Positions 1 to 9,092 of a DNA stretch of 64,000 nucleotides are shown here, piece after piece. The stretch is from NCBI GenBank assembly GCA_963663275.1, contig OY760183.1, positions 2,272,001-2,336,000 on the forward strand, written 5' to 3'. Position 1 is the stretch's first letter; the number at the start of each line of letters is the position of its first letter. The stretch is from Chloroflexota bacterium. Lineage in GTDB: Bacteria; Chloroflexota; UBA11872; VXOZ01. A model generated the notes under the pieces. The model searched no databases. It saw only the letters and a program-made list of their open reading frames with translations, and was not told where the DNA came from. The translations under genes and the position numbers were made by a program.

Positions 1-419
1 TCGGTGCCGTCGAGGATGAAGCCGACCGGGAATGCCATGAGCATCTGGCGGTCTTCCGGCAGGGAAACGCTGCACGCCATCTCTATGACGTTGTCGATTT
101 CGGCCGGCGTAATCGATCCTCTGGCCTGCTTCACCACCGTTTCAACCCGCACGATTTGCGAACTGACGGTGCATCCACTCACGCTAAGCTGCGTCGCGAG
201 CGGTTTCTGCTCGAGCGACTGCTGGAGATGACGCAGGCAGGAATTGATTGACCCTGTCGTTGCCTCCATGTCAATCACGGCCCCGCGCTTCACGCCGAAG
301 GTTGGCGCTATGCCAGCGCCAAGGACTCGCAAGCGGCCATCCTTCGCGGCTTCACACGCTAGCGCTCGGGTCCGGGTCGTACCCACGTCAAGGCTGACGA
401 GAACATTCTTCTTGGCCAC
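1..419 (-). CDS. ftsA: Cell division protein FtsA (5' part; runs off the window edge)
   Basis: Manual translation from GTG at 419 gives MAKKNVLVSLDVGTTRTRALACE...GVKRGAVIDME...LPEDRQMLMAFPVGFILDG, the FtsA N-terminal actin-like motif. It lies directly downstream of ftsQ and is absent from the ORF track because it is truncated. Confidence 0.93.
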   Translation of the reverse strand, partial: MAKKNVLVSLDVGTTRTRALACEAAKDGRLRVLGAGIAPTFGVKRGAVIDMEATTGSINSCLRHLQQSLEQKPLATQLSVSGCTVSSQIVRVETVVKQARGSITPAEIDNVIEMACSVSLPEDRQMLMAFPVGFILDGT

Positions 420-455
420 TCCCCCACCTATCTACCTTTGGAAAAGGACTAATAC

Positions 456-484
456 AGTATACCTTGCAGGTCGTATTCCGGCAA
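456..484 (-). promoter_or_regulatory. Sigma70-type internal promoter upstream of ftsA
   Basis: Minus strand TTGCCG-17 bp-TATACT in the ftsQ-ftsA gap. Confidence 0.55.
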
Positions 485-530
485 ATCCCGAATCAGGTAG
501 TTGTCAAGTACCTTTGTCCGCATTGCCGGT

Positions 531-1364
531 TCATGTGCGAAACGTTGGACTCCTGATCGCCTGAAGATCGATGACGGTCATTGGGATCTGCTGCTCCTGC
601 GCGAACTGCAAGACCGCCAGCAGTTCCCGGGTCTTCTCAAGGAGGCGATCGGCGCTGCCGTACTTCGCTACCCAACCGTCTTCAGCCTCGACCGACAAAC
701 CCTCTTGCGCGGAGTACCGAAACGCCTTTACGCGCAGCCCGGCGGCTATCAGAAGGTCGCGCAGGGAAAACGCCATCCGCACGGCGCTGGCGTCAACGCG
801 GTCGCCGGCGCCGAGAGGGATTCCGGTTGTATCGATGATAGTTATCGGGAGATCGGGCGCGTCGCCGCTGCCCAGAATCTCACCGTCGTCCGATACCAGA
901 TAGACGTGGCCGCCGGCGATCCAGCGCGCCTTAGGCTGTCGTTCGGCCATTTCGACGATGGCCTGGCCCGGCAGCACCAGAAAGAGCCGGGCATCGGCCA
1001 CGGCGGGCAGCCGGGAGATTTCCTGGCTTAGCTGCCCGGGGTCGAGCAGGAAGATCGGCCTGCCCACAATGCCGGTAAACGACTGGATGCGTACGAGGGA
1101 TTCGTCTCCGGCCAGCGTGGGCGGCGTGATGCGGCGTATTGCAATGCTGGACACATAGAATTCAGGCGACGTGAGCAGCCCCCAGAGCGCGAACCCAAGC
1201 AACCCGCCCAGCAGCAGTGAGAGCCACCGGTAGCCAAAGCCAACCACGCCTTTTACCGCCAGGCGCAGCACGCCGCGAACCGACCTGCGACGCTTCCGGC
1301 CGGAAGTTCCGGGCGGCTGCGCCGGGGACGGCGCGCTCTGTGTGAATCCGCTCGGGGCTACCAT
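531..1364 (-). CDS. ftsQ: Cell division protein FtsQ/DivIB
   Basis: Basic N-terminus, one TM helix, POTRA-like segment (SPEFYVSSI...LPAVADARL...LPGQAIVEMAER), C-terminal IDL. Located between murB and ftsA. Start placed at ATG 1364, just after the murB stop. Confidence 0.85.
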   Translation of the reverse strand: MVAPSGFTQSAPSPAQPPGTSGRKRRRSVRGVLRLAVKGVVGFGYRWLSLLLGGLLGFALWGLLTSPEFYVSSIAIRRITPPTLAGDESLVRIQSFTGIVGRPIFLLDPGQLSQEISRLPAVADARLFLVLPGQAIVEMAERQPKARWIAGGHVYLVSDDGEILGSGDAPDLPITIIDTTGIPLGAGDRVDASAVRMAFSLRDLLIAAGLRVKAFRYSAQEGLSVEAEDGWVAKYGSADRLLEKTRELLAVLQFAQEQQIPMTVIDLQAIRSPTFRT

Positions 1365-1368
1365 GTGC

Positions 1369-2361
1369 TTACTGTTTCCATGAACCGAAAAACTCGACTT
1401 CACGTTGTAAATCTACGTGCAGGCGGCTCCGCACGGCTTCTTCGATTGTCCGCACCAGGGTTGCGACGTCATCCGCCGTGGCAGCGCCGCCGTTGATGAT
1501 GAAGTTGGCGTGCTTGTGGGACACGTGAGCGCCGCCCACCGCTTTACCGCGCATTCCGGCCTGATCGATGAGTTCCCAGGCGCTGCGGTGGGCCGCTCCT
1601 TCCGGTGTTCGTGGATTGCGAAAGACTGAGCCCGAACTGGGCGCGGTGGGCTGGGTGCGGTGGCGCGTCTGCAGGCGCTCTTCCACCGCGGCGAGGATGC
1701 GGGGCGCTTCCCCCGGCGCGAGCAGCATCTCCGCTCCCAGCACGACGGCGTATCCGGGCCGCTCCTTGATCGTGCTCGTGCGATAGCCGTAGCGCATCTC
1801 AGCCGGCTCCATCCAGCGTTCGCCGCCGCGGTCCAGCACTTTGATGCGCGTGACGGAGTCGGCCGCGGTCCAGCCATAAGCGCCGGCGTTGTTCACAACC
1901 GCACCGCCTACCGTTCCCGGAATAGTGGCGGCGCCTTCTAAGCCGGAGAGACCCAGGCCGGCGGCCCAGCGCGCGGTGCTGATGAGTGAGCATCCCGCGT
2001 CCGCCCAGATCGATACGCCGTCGGCGCGGCGGCGGCGCTCGCCGCCGTGGTTGCGTATGACCAACCCGCGCACGCCCGCCGGCGCGGCAATGAGATTGGT
2101 GCCGTCGCCGATGACGCGGAACGGGAGGGATTGACGGTACGCCTCGGCGACTATGGCCCGCAGCCCCTGCCGGGAACGCACGCGGATCAGGAGGTCCGCC
2201 GGGCCGCCTACGCGCACGGACGTATGTTTCGCCATCGGTTCGCTCCACGCCGGTTTGAGATTGAGGCCCAGACGCGCGGCGACGGCGGCGATTGTCGCGA
2301 GATTGCTTGCCGCCAATTCCTCGGCAGTCGGGTTCGCGCTGTGTACTGTGCTTGCGGTCAT
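1369..2361 (-). CDS. murB: UDP-N-acetylenolpyruvoylglucosamine reductase
   Basis: HTSVRVGGPAD, IPGTVGGAVVNNAGAYG, SSGSVFRNP, HANFIIN, LQREV motifs. The ATG overlaps the murC stop (ATGA). Confidence 0.95.
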   Translation of the reverse strand: MTASTVHSANPTAEELAASNLATIAAVAARLGLNLKPAWSEPMAKHTSVRVGGPADLLIRVRSRQGLRAIVAEAYRQSLPFRVIGDGTNLIAAPAGVRGLVIRNHGGERRRRADGVSIWADAGCSLISTARWAAGLGLSGLEGAATIPGTVGGAVVNNAGAYGWTAADSVTRIKVLDRGGERWMEPAEMRYGYRTSTIKERPGYAVVLGAEMLLAPGEAPRILAAVEERLQTRHRTQPTAPSSGSVFRNPRTPEGAAHRSAWELIDQAGMRGKAVGGAHVSHKHANFIINGGAATADDVATLVRTIEEAVRSRLHVDLQREVEFFGSWKQ

Positions 2362-3815
2362 GCTGAACTCTCCACCGGTTTGCGCGCGCTGAGGCCCTCG
2401 AGGACGGGATCGCAGAGGAGCGTCACGTCGCCGGCCCCCATCACGATGACCAGATCGCCCGGTTCCACCGCCCGCATCGTCTGTGCGAGCGCGTCGGTGA
2501 GCGTGGCGGCATAGCGAGCGCCGCTGGGTTTGTCGATAGCGTCGGCCAGGTCGGCGCTGGAGAGCGTCAGCGGTTCGTCCCGTCCGGCCGGCTGGTAGAT
2601 TTCCAGCAAAATGAGTTCGTCCGCTCCCCGGAAGGCGCTGCTGAATTCGGCGAAGAGGTCGGCGGTGCGGCTGCGCAGATGCGGTTGATAGACGCAGACG
2701 ACGCGCCCGGCGTGCCACTCCCGCGCGGCCCGCAGCGTGGCGCGGACGGCGGTGGGGTGGTGGGCATAGTCGTCCACAACGGTGACCCCGTTGGCGTTTC
2801 CGCGCACTTCGAAGCGGCGGCGCACTCCCCGGAAGTGATTGAGCGCCAGCGCAACCGAGTGGGCCGGCACGTCCAGCGCGTCCAGCGCCGTTACGCACGC
2901 CAAGGCGTTCAGTACGTTGTGAATGCCCGGCTGGGCCAGCGAGAGGCGGTGGCGTTCGCCGGTGGCGCTTTCGATTTCCGCCTCGATGCCGCCGCCGGGC
3001 AGCGGCGCGAATTCCCTGCCCACCCAATCGGCATTGCCGCGCAGAGACCAAGCAGCGAGCCGACGCTTGGCGGCGGCGCCGTCAGCCGGCGCTCCGCCGG
3101 CGGCAAGGTCGGTGGACACGCGCCGGCAGGCGGCGCTGTCGGCATGGATCGCGACCGTCCCATCGGGAGGCAGCCTACTCGCGAACGCTCTATAGGCGCT
3201 TTCGAGGCTGTCCACGGAGCCGTAAGTATCGAGATGGTCGGCTTCGACCGCCGTCACGACCGCGACGGTTGGATGGAGTTCGAGGAAGGCGCGGTCGAAC
3301 TCGTCGGCCTCGGTCACCAGAATTGCGCCGCCGCCCCAGTGGGCGCTATGGGGGAAGTTCAGCGGGTCGCCGCCTATCATGTACGACGGATCGTGTTTGG
3401 TGACGCGCAGCGCGTGCGCGATCATGGCGGTGGTGGTCGTCTTGCCGTGGGTGCCGGCAACGGCGATCGTCGTCTTGCCCAGCGTGAACGCGCCCTGCAC
3501 GACCGCGCGCTTGACCGTGGGGAACCGCTGCCGCCCGGCGGCGGCGAGTTCGGGGTTGTCGGGCGCTATGGCCGAACTGTACACGACCAAGTCGGCGCCG
3601 GCGACGTTGGCGGCGGCGTGCCCAAGCTCTACGGCAACTCCCTGCCCGCGCAGGGCAGCGAGGGCGGGCGCATCGGCCGCGTCCGAACCGCTGACGCTAT
3701 GCCCTTGCTGCGCGAGTATGCGCGCCAGGCCGGACATGGCCGCGCCGCCTACGCCAATCAGGTGGACGCGGCGCGGTTGGCTTTCCAGATACTCGTGTAA
3801 TTCGTGGGCGTTCAC
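2358..3815 (-). CDS. murC: UDP-N-acetylmuramate--L-alanine ligase
   Basis: GVGGAAMSGLA, GTHGKTTTT, EADEFD, DDYAHHPT, YQPH motifs. Confidence 0.95.
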   Translation of the reverse strand: MNAHELHEYLESQPRRVHLIGVGGAAMSGLARILAQQGHSVSGSDAADAPALAALRGQGVAVELGHAAANVAGADLVVYSSAIAPDNPELAAAGRQRFPTVKRAVVQGAFTLGKTTIAVAGTHGKTTTTAMIAHALRVTKHDPSYMIGGDPLNFPHSAHWGGGAILVTEADEFDRAFLELHPTVAVVTAVEADHLDTYGSVDSLESAYRAFASRLPPDGTVAIHADSAACRRVSTDLAAGGAPADGAAAKRRLAAWSLRGNADWVGREFAPLPGGGIEAEIESATGERHRLSLAQPGIHNVLNALACVTALDALDVPAHSVALALNHFRGVRRRFEVRGNANGVTVVDDYAHHPTAVRATLRAAREWHAGRVVCVYQPHLRSRTADLFAEFSSAFRGADELILLEIYQPAGRDEPLTLSSADLADAIDKPSGARYAATLTDALAQTMRAVEPGDLVIVMGAGDVTLLCDPVLEGLSARKPVESSA

Positions 3816-3825
3816 TCTTCGTCCT

Positions 3826-5073
3826 CTAGCCGCCGACCGGACGCCGCGACGGAGCGGACCGGTTTGGCCCGGTGTTCCAGCGGCGACGGCGTTTCTTCTT
3901 GGTCACGGTTACAGTCTGAGTCGAGATGTTCAAAAGCAGACCCATGGCAATCGAACTCGCCAGCAGCGAAGACCCGCCGGCGCTCAAGAAGGGGAGCGGT
4001 ATCCCCGTAAAGGGCACTAAACCGGTCACGACCGCCATGTTCAGCAGCGCCTGTCCGAAAAGCCCGCACGTGAGACCGAGGGCGAGCAATTGTCCGAACA
4101 TGTCCGGCGCTTTGGCGGCAATGCTGAATCCCCGCCAGGCGAGCAGCACGAATAGAATCAACACCGCCAGCGCGCCAATCAGGCCCAATTCTTCGCCAAT
4201 CACGGCATAGATGCTGTCCGTGTGCGGTTCCGGCATGTAGAAGAATTTTTGCATGCCTCTGCCCAGGCCGACACCGCTGATGCCGCCTGAACCAAATGCC
4301 AGGAAGACCTGGTACGTGTGCAGCCCCACGTTGTCCTGGTACGCCGGATTGAGCGGGTCCAGGAAGGCGACAAGCCGCTGCACGCGATAGGGATACATGG
4401 TGACGGCGTACCACACCGCGAGCGGCACGGCGGCAAACAGGCCGAGGAGGTACAGGACAGGGACGCGGGCGGCGATGAGAATCGAGAAGCCGATGAGCGC
4501 AATCATCAGCGCGGTGCCAAGATCGGGCTGCTGCGCAACTATGGCGGCTACGGCGCCGAGGATGCCAATCGGCAAGAGAAAGAAGAGCAGTCTGTTCCCC
4601 TCAGGATTGCGTTTGGCAAGCAACTGGGCCAGATAGAGGGCAATGATCGGTTTCGCGAATTCGCTAGGCTGCATGCTGAAAGGCCCCAGGCGAATCCAGC
4701 GGACCGATCCCCTGGCCACGTGGCCGATGTCCGTGACGGCCATCAGAATCAGGACCATCACGATGCCGGCCAACAGCCAGAAGGCGACGTTGACGCCGCA
4801 GAACTGGATGCGCTCGAGCCAGTGGTAGTCAATGCGCTGCATCGTAATCGCCGCCGCCAGGCCGACGATGAAATACATGAGTTGACGCCGGAAGTAGAAG
4901 TGCGGGTCGCCGGTTTCCGCGTAGGCAACCGCAATGCTGGCGCTATACACGGCCAACAGCCCGACTAACGGCAGCGCCAACATGAGGACCGTGAGCGGCA
5001 CGTCCGGCCAGCGCGTACGCTTGGCGTCGTCGCTTACGGGTGCGGATACGGCTCGCGGCAGAATGCGTATCAT
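3826..5073 (-). CDS. ftsW: SEDS peptidoglycan polymerase FtsW
   Basis: Multi-TM protein with RWIRLGPFSMQPSEFAK, QPDLGT, PEPHTDSIYAVIGEELG, TGIPLPFLSAGGSS. Confidence 0.95.
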   Translation of the reverse strand: MIRILPRAVSAPVSDDAKRTRWPDVPLTVLMLALPLVGLLAVYSASIAVAYAETGDPHFYFRRQLMYFIVGLAAAITMQRIDYHWLERIQFCGVNVAFWLLAGIVMVLILMAVTDIGHVARGSVRWIRLGPFSMQPSEFAKPIIALYLAQLLAKRNPEGNRLLFFLLPIGILGAVAAIVAQQPDLGTALMIALIGFSILIAARVPVLYLLGLFAAVPLAVWYAVTMYPYRVQRLVAFLDPLNPAYQDNVGLHTYQVFLAFGSGGISGVGLGRGMQKFFYMPEPHTDSIYAVIGEELGLIGALAVLILFVLLAWRGFSIAAKAPDMFGQLLALGLTCGLFGQALLNMAVVTGLVPFTGIPLPFLSAGGSSLLASSIAMGLLLNISTQTVTVTKKKRRRRWNTGPNRSAPSRRPVGG

Positions 5074-6839
5074 CGGCGTTGGCCTGCACTCTCACGCTTG
5101 ACAAGGGTTTGCGCGGCGGTTGAGGGCGGGATGTGATAGTAGAGGAAGAGTTCGGAGGCTACTGCGCGGAACACGGGCGCGGCCACCAGAGAACCCCAGG
5201 GTTCCAGCGTTGGCCGGTCGATCTTGACGAGAATTACGAAACGGGGGTCTTCCACCGGGCCAAACCCGATGTACGAGGCAATCGTGAACTCGTCGTCATA
5301 ACCGCCCGTTTCCAGAGGAATGGAGGCCGTGCCGGTCTTGCCGGCAACCGTGTAGCCCTCGATCAGGTGCATGCTGCTTTCGGAGCGCGTGCTCGCGTCC
5401 ACGAGCATCGAAAGGAGCGTGCGCGCGGTCTCCTGGCTAACCACCCGGCGCACGGCCCGTGGTTCGACGCGGTGGACACCGTCGGTTGTGTGAATCTCCT
5501 GGACGACGTGCGGCTGCATGAGCACGCCGTCGTTCACGATTGCGGATACGGCGGCCGCGAGTTGGAGCGGCGTCACGGCGATGCCTTGCCCGAAGGCGTT
5601 GGTGGCAAGGCTCGAGGGATACCAGGCGCGTGAATTGGGGTCAGGCACGAAGCCGCCCACTTCGCCCCACAGGTCGATTCCCGTTGGCGCGCCAAAGCCG
5701 AAAGCGGAAACATATTCATAGAAGAGCGCCTTGCCCAGTTGGTCGCCAACGAAGACCGCGCCCACGTTGCTGGAGTGGGCGATCAGGTCGGTCATGTCGC
5801 TGCGGCCATGGCCCTTTTCATCCCAATTCTTGATTTCAACGCCGCCGTAACGAACGGAGCCGCCATCGTAGAATGGAGTATCCGGTGTGATTCTCCCCGC
5901 GTCCAGCGCCGCGGCCAGGGTAATGACCTTGAAGGTGGAGCCGGGCTCGTAGACCTGGCTGATGACCGGATTGGCGTAGGCGTCGCTGTCCGGGCTGTGC
6001 GCCTGCTGATAGGTGTTGGAGTCGTACGTGGGCCGGCTGGCCATGGCGATGATCGCGCCGGTCCTGGGGTCCATCACAATCACGGAGCCGCTTGACGCGC
6101 CGTAGTAATCCAGCGCCGCTTCCAGTTCACGTTCCACCACGTGCTGCACGGCGCCGTCCAGGGTGAGCACCAGGTCGGCCCCCGGAATGGCGGGCTGTAG
6201 TACCTGCGATGCGCCGCCGGTCTCTTTGCTGAAGGGTGCGCGATACGTCAACCGCCTGCCCGGTTCGCCCCGCAGCAAGTCCTCGTAATGCCCTTCCAAC
6301 CCGTACTGGCCGCTGCCGCTCTGGCTGTAGAAGCCGATGACGTGCGCGGCGAGCATGCCGAGGGGATAGATGCGATGCGCCGCGGGGGCGAGGGTAATGC
6401 TGGGCGCTTTGCCGGAGCGGATGAGCGACTTCAGGCGTTCGCTGACGGCCGGCGAGACTCCCTTGGCCAGCAGAGCGTAGCGGCTGTCCGGCTGGTCGAG
6501 CAGCGCCACGATCTCGGCCTCAGACTTGCCCAGCAGCGGCGCTAGTTCGCTTGCCATAGCGTGAATGGGCGCGCCGCTGTCGTGCACCGCGTTGGGCGCC
6601 GCCTCCACGTTGTCAAGATACTCCGCGGTTGCCAGCGGGACGTGGTTCGCATCCAGGATGTTGCCGCGTTCGGGCAGAATCTGTATGTCGTTCTTGTACT
6701 GCGTCTGCGCCATGGCGGACAGTTCGTCACTCTTGATGGCCTGGAGCCACACGAGCGAGAGCGCCACGAGCAGAGAGCCAAGCAGCGCGATCGCTTGCAT
6801 GATGCGAATGCGGGCTACGCTCACCGTTTCACGAGGCAT
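5070..6839 (-). CDS. ftsI: Class B penicillin-binding protein (FtsI/PBP2B)
   Basis: RGNILD, EPGSTFK (SxxK), SSNVG (SxN), KTGT motifs; dcw context. Confidence 0.93.
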   Translation of the reverse strand: MPRETVSVARIRIMQAIALLGSLLVALSLVWLQAIKSDELSAMAQTQYKNDIQILPERGNILDANHVPLATAEYLDNVEAAPNAVHDSGAPIHAMASELAPLLGKSEAEIVALLDQPDSRYALLAKGVSPAVSERLKSLIRSGKAPSITLAPAAHRIYPLGMLAAHVIGFYSQSGSGQYGLEGHYEDLLRGEPGRRLTYRAPFSKETGGASQVLQPAIPGADLVLTLDGAVQHVVERELEAALDYYGASSGSVIVMDPRTGAIIAMASRPTYDSNTYQQAHSPDSDAYANPVISQVYEPGSTFKVITLAAALDAGRITPDTPFYDGGSVRYGGVEIKNWDEKGHGRSDMTDLIAHSSNVGAVFVGDQLGKALFYEYVSAFGFGAPTGIDLWGEVGGFVPDPNSRAWYPSSLATNAFGQGIAVTPLQLAAAVSAIVNDGVLMQPHVVQEIHTTDGVHRVEPRAVRRVVSQETARTLLSMLVDASTRSESSMHLIEGYTVAGKTGTASIPLETGGYDDEFTIASYIGFGPVEDPRFVILVKIDRPTLEPWGSLVAAPVFRAVASELFLYYHIPPSTAAQTLVKRESAGQRR

Positions 6840-7452
6840 CGTCGCCCTCCTCGCTAACTGTTGCGCCGCCTCCGGCCAGGACGCTGAGTTGCTCGCGTAG
6901 AATGTCCCAGCGACTGCTGAAGGGATAGCGTATCTCGTCTACGCCGGTTTCCTGGGGCGGCTGCAACTGCTGGGCGCTATCCGGCATCAGCGCAAAGTGC
7001 ACGTAACGAGCCGGCGCCATGCCGTGCCGCTTTCTGGCGGCCGCTTCGATCGCCCGCAGATCGCCGGCCTGGGCAATCTGCGTGCGCAACGTCTGGTTCT
7101 CGCGCTCTACGTGGGCGATGCGGCGTTCCAACTCCAGAATGCGGAAACTTGCGTCCGCCACTTGTCCGGTGGGCATCAGATAGAGCATCGCTACCAGGAA
7201 GAGCACGAGAATGCCCATGTCTAACGCTACCAGCGGGCTCAACTCGTAATACCACGGCCGGCGCTCGGCGCCGCTCGCCCGCCTGGCCCGACGGGGTCGT
7301 GCGCCTTCGACGAAATCAGCGTCGGCGACGAGGTCGGTGTCCGGGACAGAGCCGGCGCCCGCGACGAGGTCGGCGTCGGCATCTGCGACGAGGTCGGCGT
7401 CTGCGACGAAGTCGGCGTCTGCGACGGGGTCGGCTGTTTTTGGCTGCGCCAC
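6829..7452 (-). CDS. ftsL: FtsL-like septum protein with a repetitive acidic N-terminal tail
   Basis: Position between rsmH and ftsI; single TM helix followed by a coiled coil (LERRIAHVERENQTLRTQIA...LRAIEAAARKRHGM). GTG at 7452 has an AGGAG SD. Confidence 0.75.
   Translation of the reverse strand: MAQPKTADPVADADFVADADLVADADADLVAGAGSVPDTDLVADADFVEGARPRRARRASGAERRPWYYELSPLVALDMGILVLFLVAMLYLMPTGQVADASFRILELERRIAHVERENQTLRTQIAQAGDLRAIEAAARKRHGMAPARYVHFALMPDSAQQLQPPQETGVDEIRYPFSSRWDILREQLSVLAGGGATVSEEGDDAS
7308..7434. repeat. In-frame 18-bp tandem repeat (ADLVAD-like units) inside ftsL
   Basis: About 6-7 degenerate copies of gcgacgaggtcggcgtct, encoding ADPVADADFVADADLVADADADLVAG...DTDLVADADFV. 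Confidence 0.85.
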
Positions 7453-7469
7453 GTGTCGCTCCTGGACCG

Positions 7470-8447
7470 TCAGATACGTTCGGCGATGCGCAGGCGCGCG
7501 CTCCGGCTGCGCGGATTGCGCGCGACTTCCAAGTCGTCCGGGCGAATGGGCTTCTTGGTAAGCACGCGGAGCGTCTCGCACGGATTGCACACGCAGTCCG
7601 GGACGCCCGCGGGGCAGACGCACCTGCCGGCCGCGTGCCGCATGAAGCCCTTGACGATACGGTCTTCAAGGCTGTGAAAGGCAATCACTACCAGGCGGCC
7701 CCCGCGAACGAGCAGGTCACGCGCCTGCTCCAACGCCGTGTGCAGGTGGTCGAGTTCCCGGTTTACGGCAATGCGCAGCGCCTGGAAGGTGCGCGTTGCC
7801 GGATGGATGCGGCGGCTTTGTCGCGGTTTGCGATCCCGCTGGCCGTAGGCCGCGCGCGCGATGTCCGCCAATTCCGTGACCGTTGCCAGCGGCTGCTTGC
7901 GCCGCCGCTCGACGATGCGCCGCGCGATGCGCCGGGCGTGCCGCTCTTCTCCATATTCCCAGATGAGATTGGCGAGATCTTCCTGATCCCAGGTGTTCAC
8001 GATGGTAGCCGCGGTGAGGGGCTGCGCCGGATCCATGCGCATGTCCAGGGGGCCTTCTCGTTGCCAGGAGAAACCGCGCCGGGGATTCGCCAACTGCAAT
8101 GACGACATGCCGAGATCGAACAACACGCCATGCGCCTGGCCGAACCCGATGCGCTCCACGGCGGCGCGTAACTGGCTGAAATTGCGTTGCAGCAGGTCAA
8201 GCCGGTTGCCAAACGCCCGTAGGCGCGCTTTGCACCGCGCCAGCGCCTGCGGGTCAACGTCCAGCCCGAGCAAACGCCCGCCGGGTGTGCTGAGGGAGAG
8301 AATCGCTTCCGCGTGCCCGCCGCCGTTTGCGGTACAATCGATGAAGCGGCCGCCGTTGCTCGCCTGAAGCCCGGCAAGCACCTGGGAAAGGAGAACCGGT
8401 GTATGCTCGGATTCGGGGCTTTCGCCAAGGCCGGCTGGCGCTGACAC
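7470..8447 (-). CDS. rsmH: 16S rRNA m4C1402 methyltransferase
   Basis: HTPVLL, GGGH, FDLGMSSLQL, GPLDMRMD, HPATRTFQALRIAVN, FHSLEDRIVK, NPRSRSARLR. GTG at 8447 has an AAGGAG SD. Confidence 0.96.
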   Translation of the reverse strand: MSAPAGLGESPESEHTPVLLSQVLAGLQASNGGRFIDCTANGGGHAEAILSLSTPGGRLLGLDVDPQALARCKARLRAFGNRLDLLQRNFSQLRAAVERIGFGQAHGVLFDLGMSSLQLANPRRGFSWQREGPLDMRMDPAQPLTAATIVNTWDQEDLANLIWEYGEERHARRIARRIVERRRKQPLATVTELADIARAAYGQRDRKPRQSRRIHPATRTFQALRIAVNRELDHLHTALEQARDLLVRGGRLVVIAFHSLEDRIVKGFMRHAAGRCVCPAGVPDCVCNPCETLRVLTKKPIRPDDLEVARNPRSRSARLRIAERI

Positions 8448-8560
8448 AGAGAGGCTCCTTACACCGTATGGCGTACTGGCTGAATGGGAGCGGGTGAGCG
8501 CGCTCGCTGCTGGCAAGAGCGCGGCATGGGGAAATGCCTTCCAACTGCCGGAATGCCGGT

Positions 8561-8992
8561 TTAGATGCCCAGATCCGCGAGTTGCTCCGCCAGACTGCCG
8601 CCTTCCGCTTCGGTAGCGGCTTTGACGGCGTTCCAGGCTTCGAGTCCCCAGACCTCTATGCGCTGGTGAAGGCCGATGACCGCCACGTCGGATGAGATGG
8701 CGGCGTAAGCGCGTAAGTATTGCGGCAATAGTGTGCGCCCCTGGCTGTCGAGCGTGAAATCCACCGCTCCGGAGAAGAGCAAGCGGCTGAGTGTGCGCAC
8801 GTGCCGTTGAGTTTGAGGCAAACGGCTGACTTTGTCGGCGAGGGCGTCCCACTCGCCGCGCGGATAGATGACGAGGCACTTGTCAAGACCCCGCGTAACG
8901 ACCGCGCCGGCCGCCAATGCCTCCCGGAACTTGGCAGGGATGGCGAGACGGCCCTTTTGGTCCACCGTATGCTGAAATTCACCGAGAAACAA
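8561..8992 (-). CDS. mraZ: Transcriptional regulator MraZ
   Basis: (M)FLGEFQHTVDQKGRLAIPAKFR and a second DSQGR motif; TTG start at 8992. Confidence 0.96.
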   Translation of the reverse strand: MFLGEFQHTVDQKGRLAIPAKFREALAAGAVVTRGLDKCLVIYPRGEWDALADKVSRLPQTQRHVRTLSRLLFSGAVDFTLDSQGRTLLPQYLRAYAAISSDVAVIGLHQRIEVWGLEAWNAVKAATEAEGGSLAEQLADLGI

Positions 8993-9002
8993 GGCGAGCC
9001 TT

Positions 9003-9057
9003 CCACAACGCGGAACTTTTCCACACTTCCCCCCACTTTTCCCCACTTTTATCCACA
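9003..9057 (-). promoter_or_regulatory. MraZ-binding direct repeats (10-bp period) plus DnaA box
   Basis: Minus strand reads GTGGATAAAA GTGGGGAAAA GTGGGGGGAA GTGTGGAAAA GTTCCG...TGTGG. A perfect TTATCCACA sits at 9049-9057. Confidence 0.85.
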
Positions 9058-9063
9058 GATAGA

Positions 9064-9092
9064 ATTATATCTGTGGCGGGCGGCGGCGACAA
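9064..9092 (-). promoter_or_regulatory. Sigma70 promoter of the dcw operon
   Basis: TTGTCG-17 bp-TATAAT on the minus strand. Confidence 0.75.

Noticed and set aside
2362-3051. N-terminal extensions in the ORF track (murB, rsmH, glcE, M81, pgk, DUF5069)
   Set aside because: The extensions overlap neighbouring genes or are Arg/Gly/Pro-rich noise. Downstream starts fit homology and, in most cases, have SD sequences.
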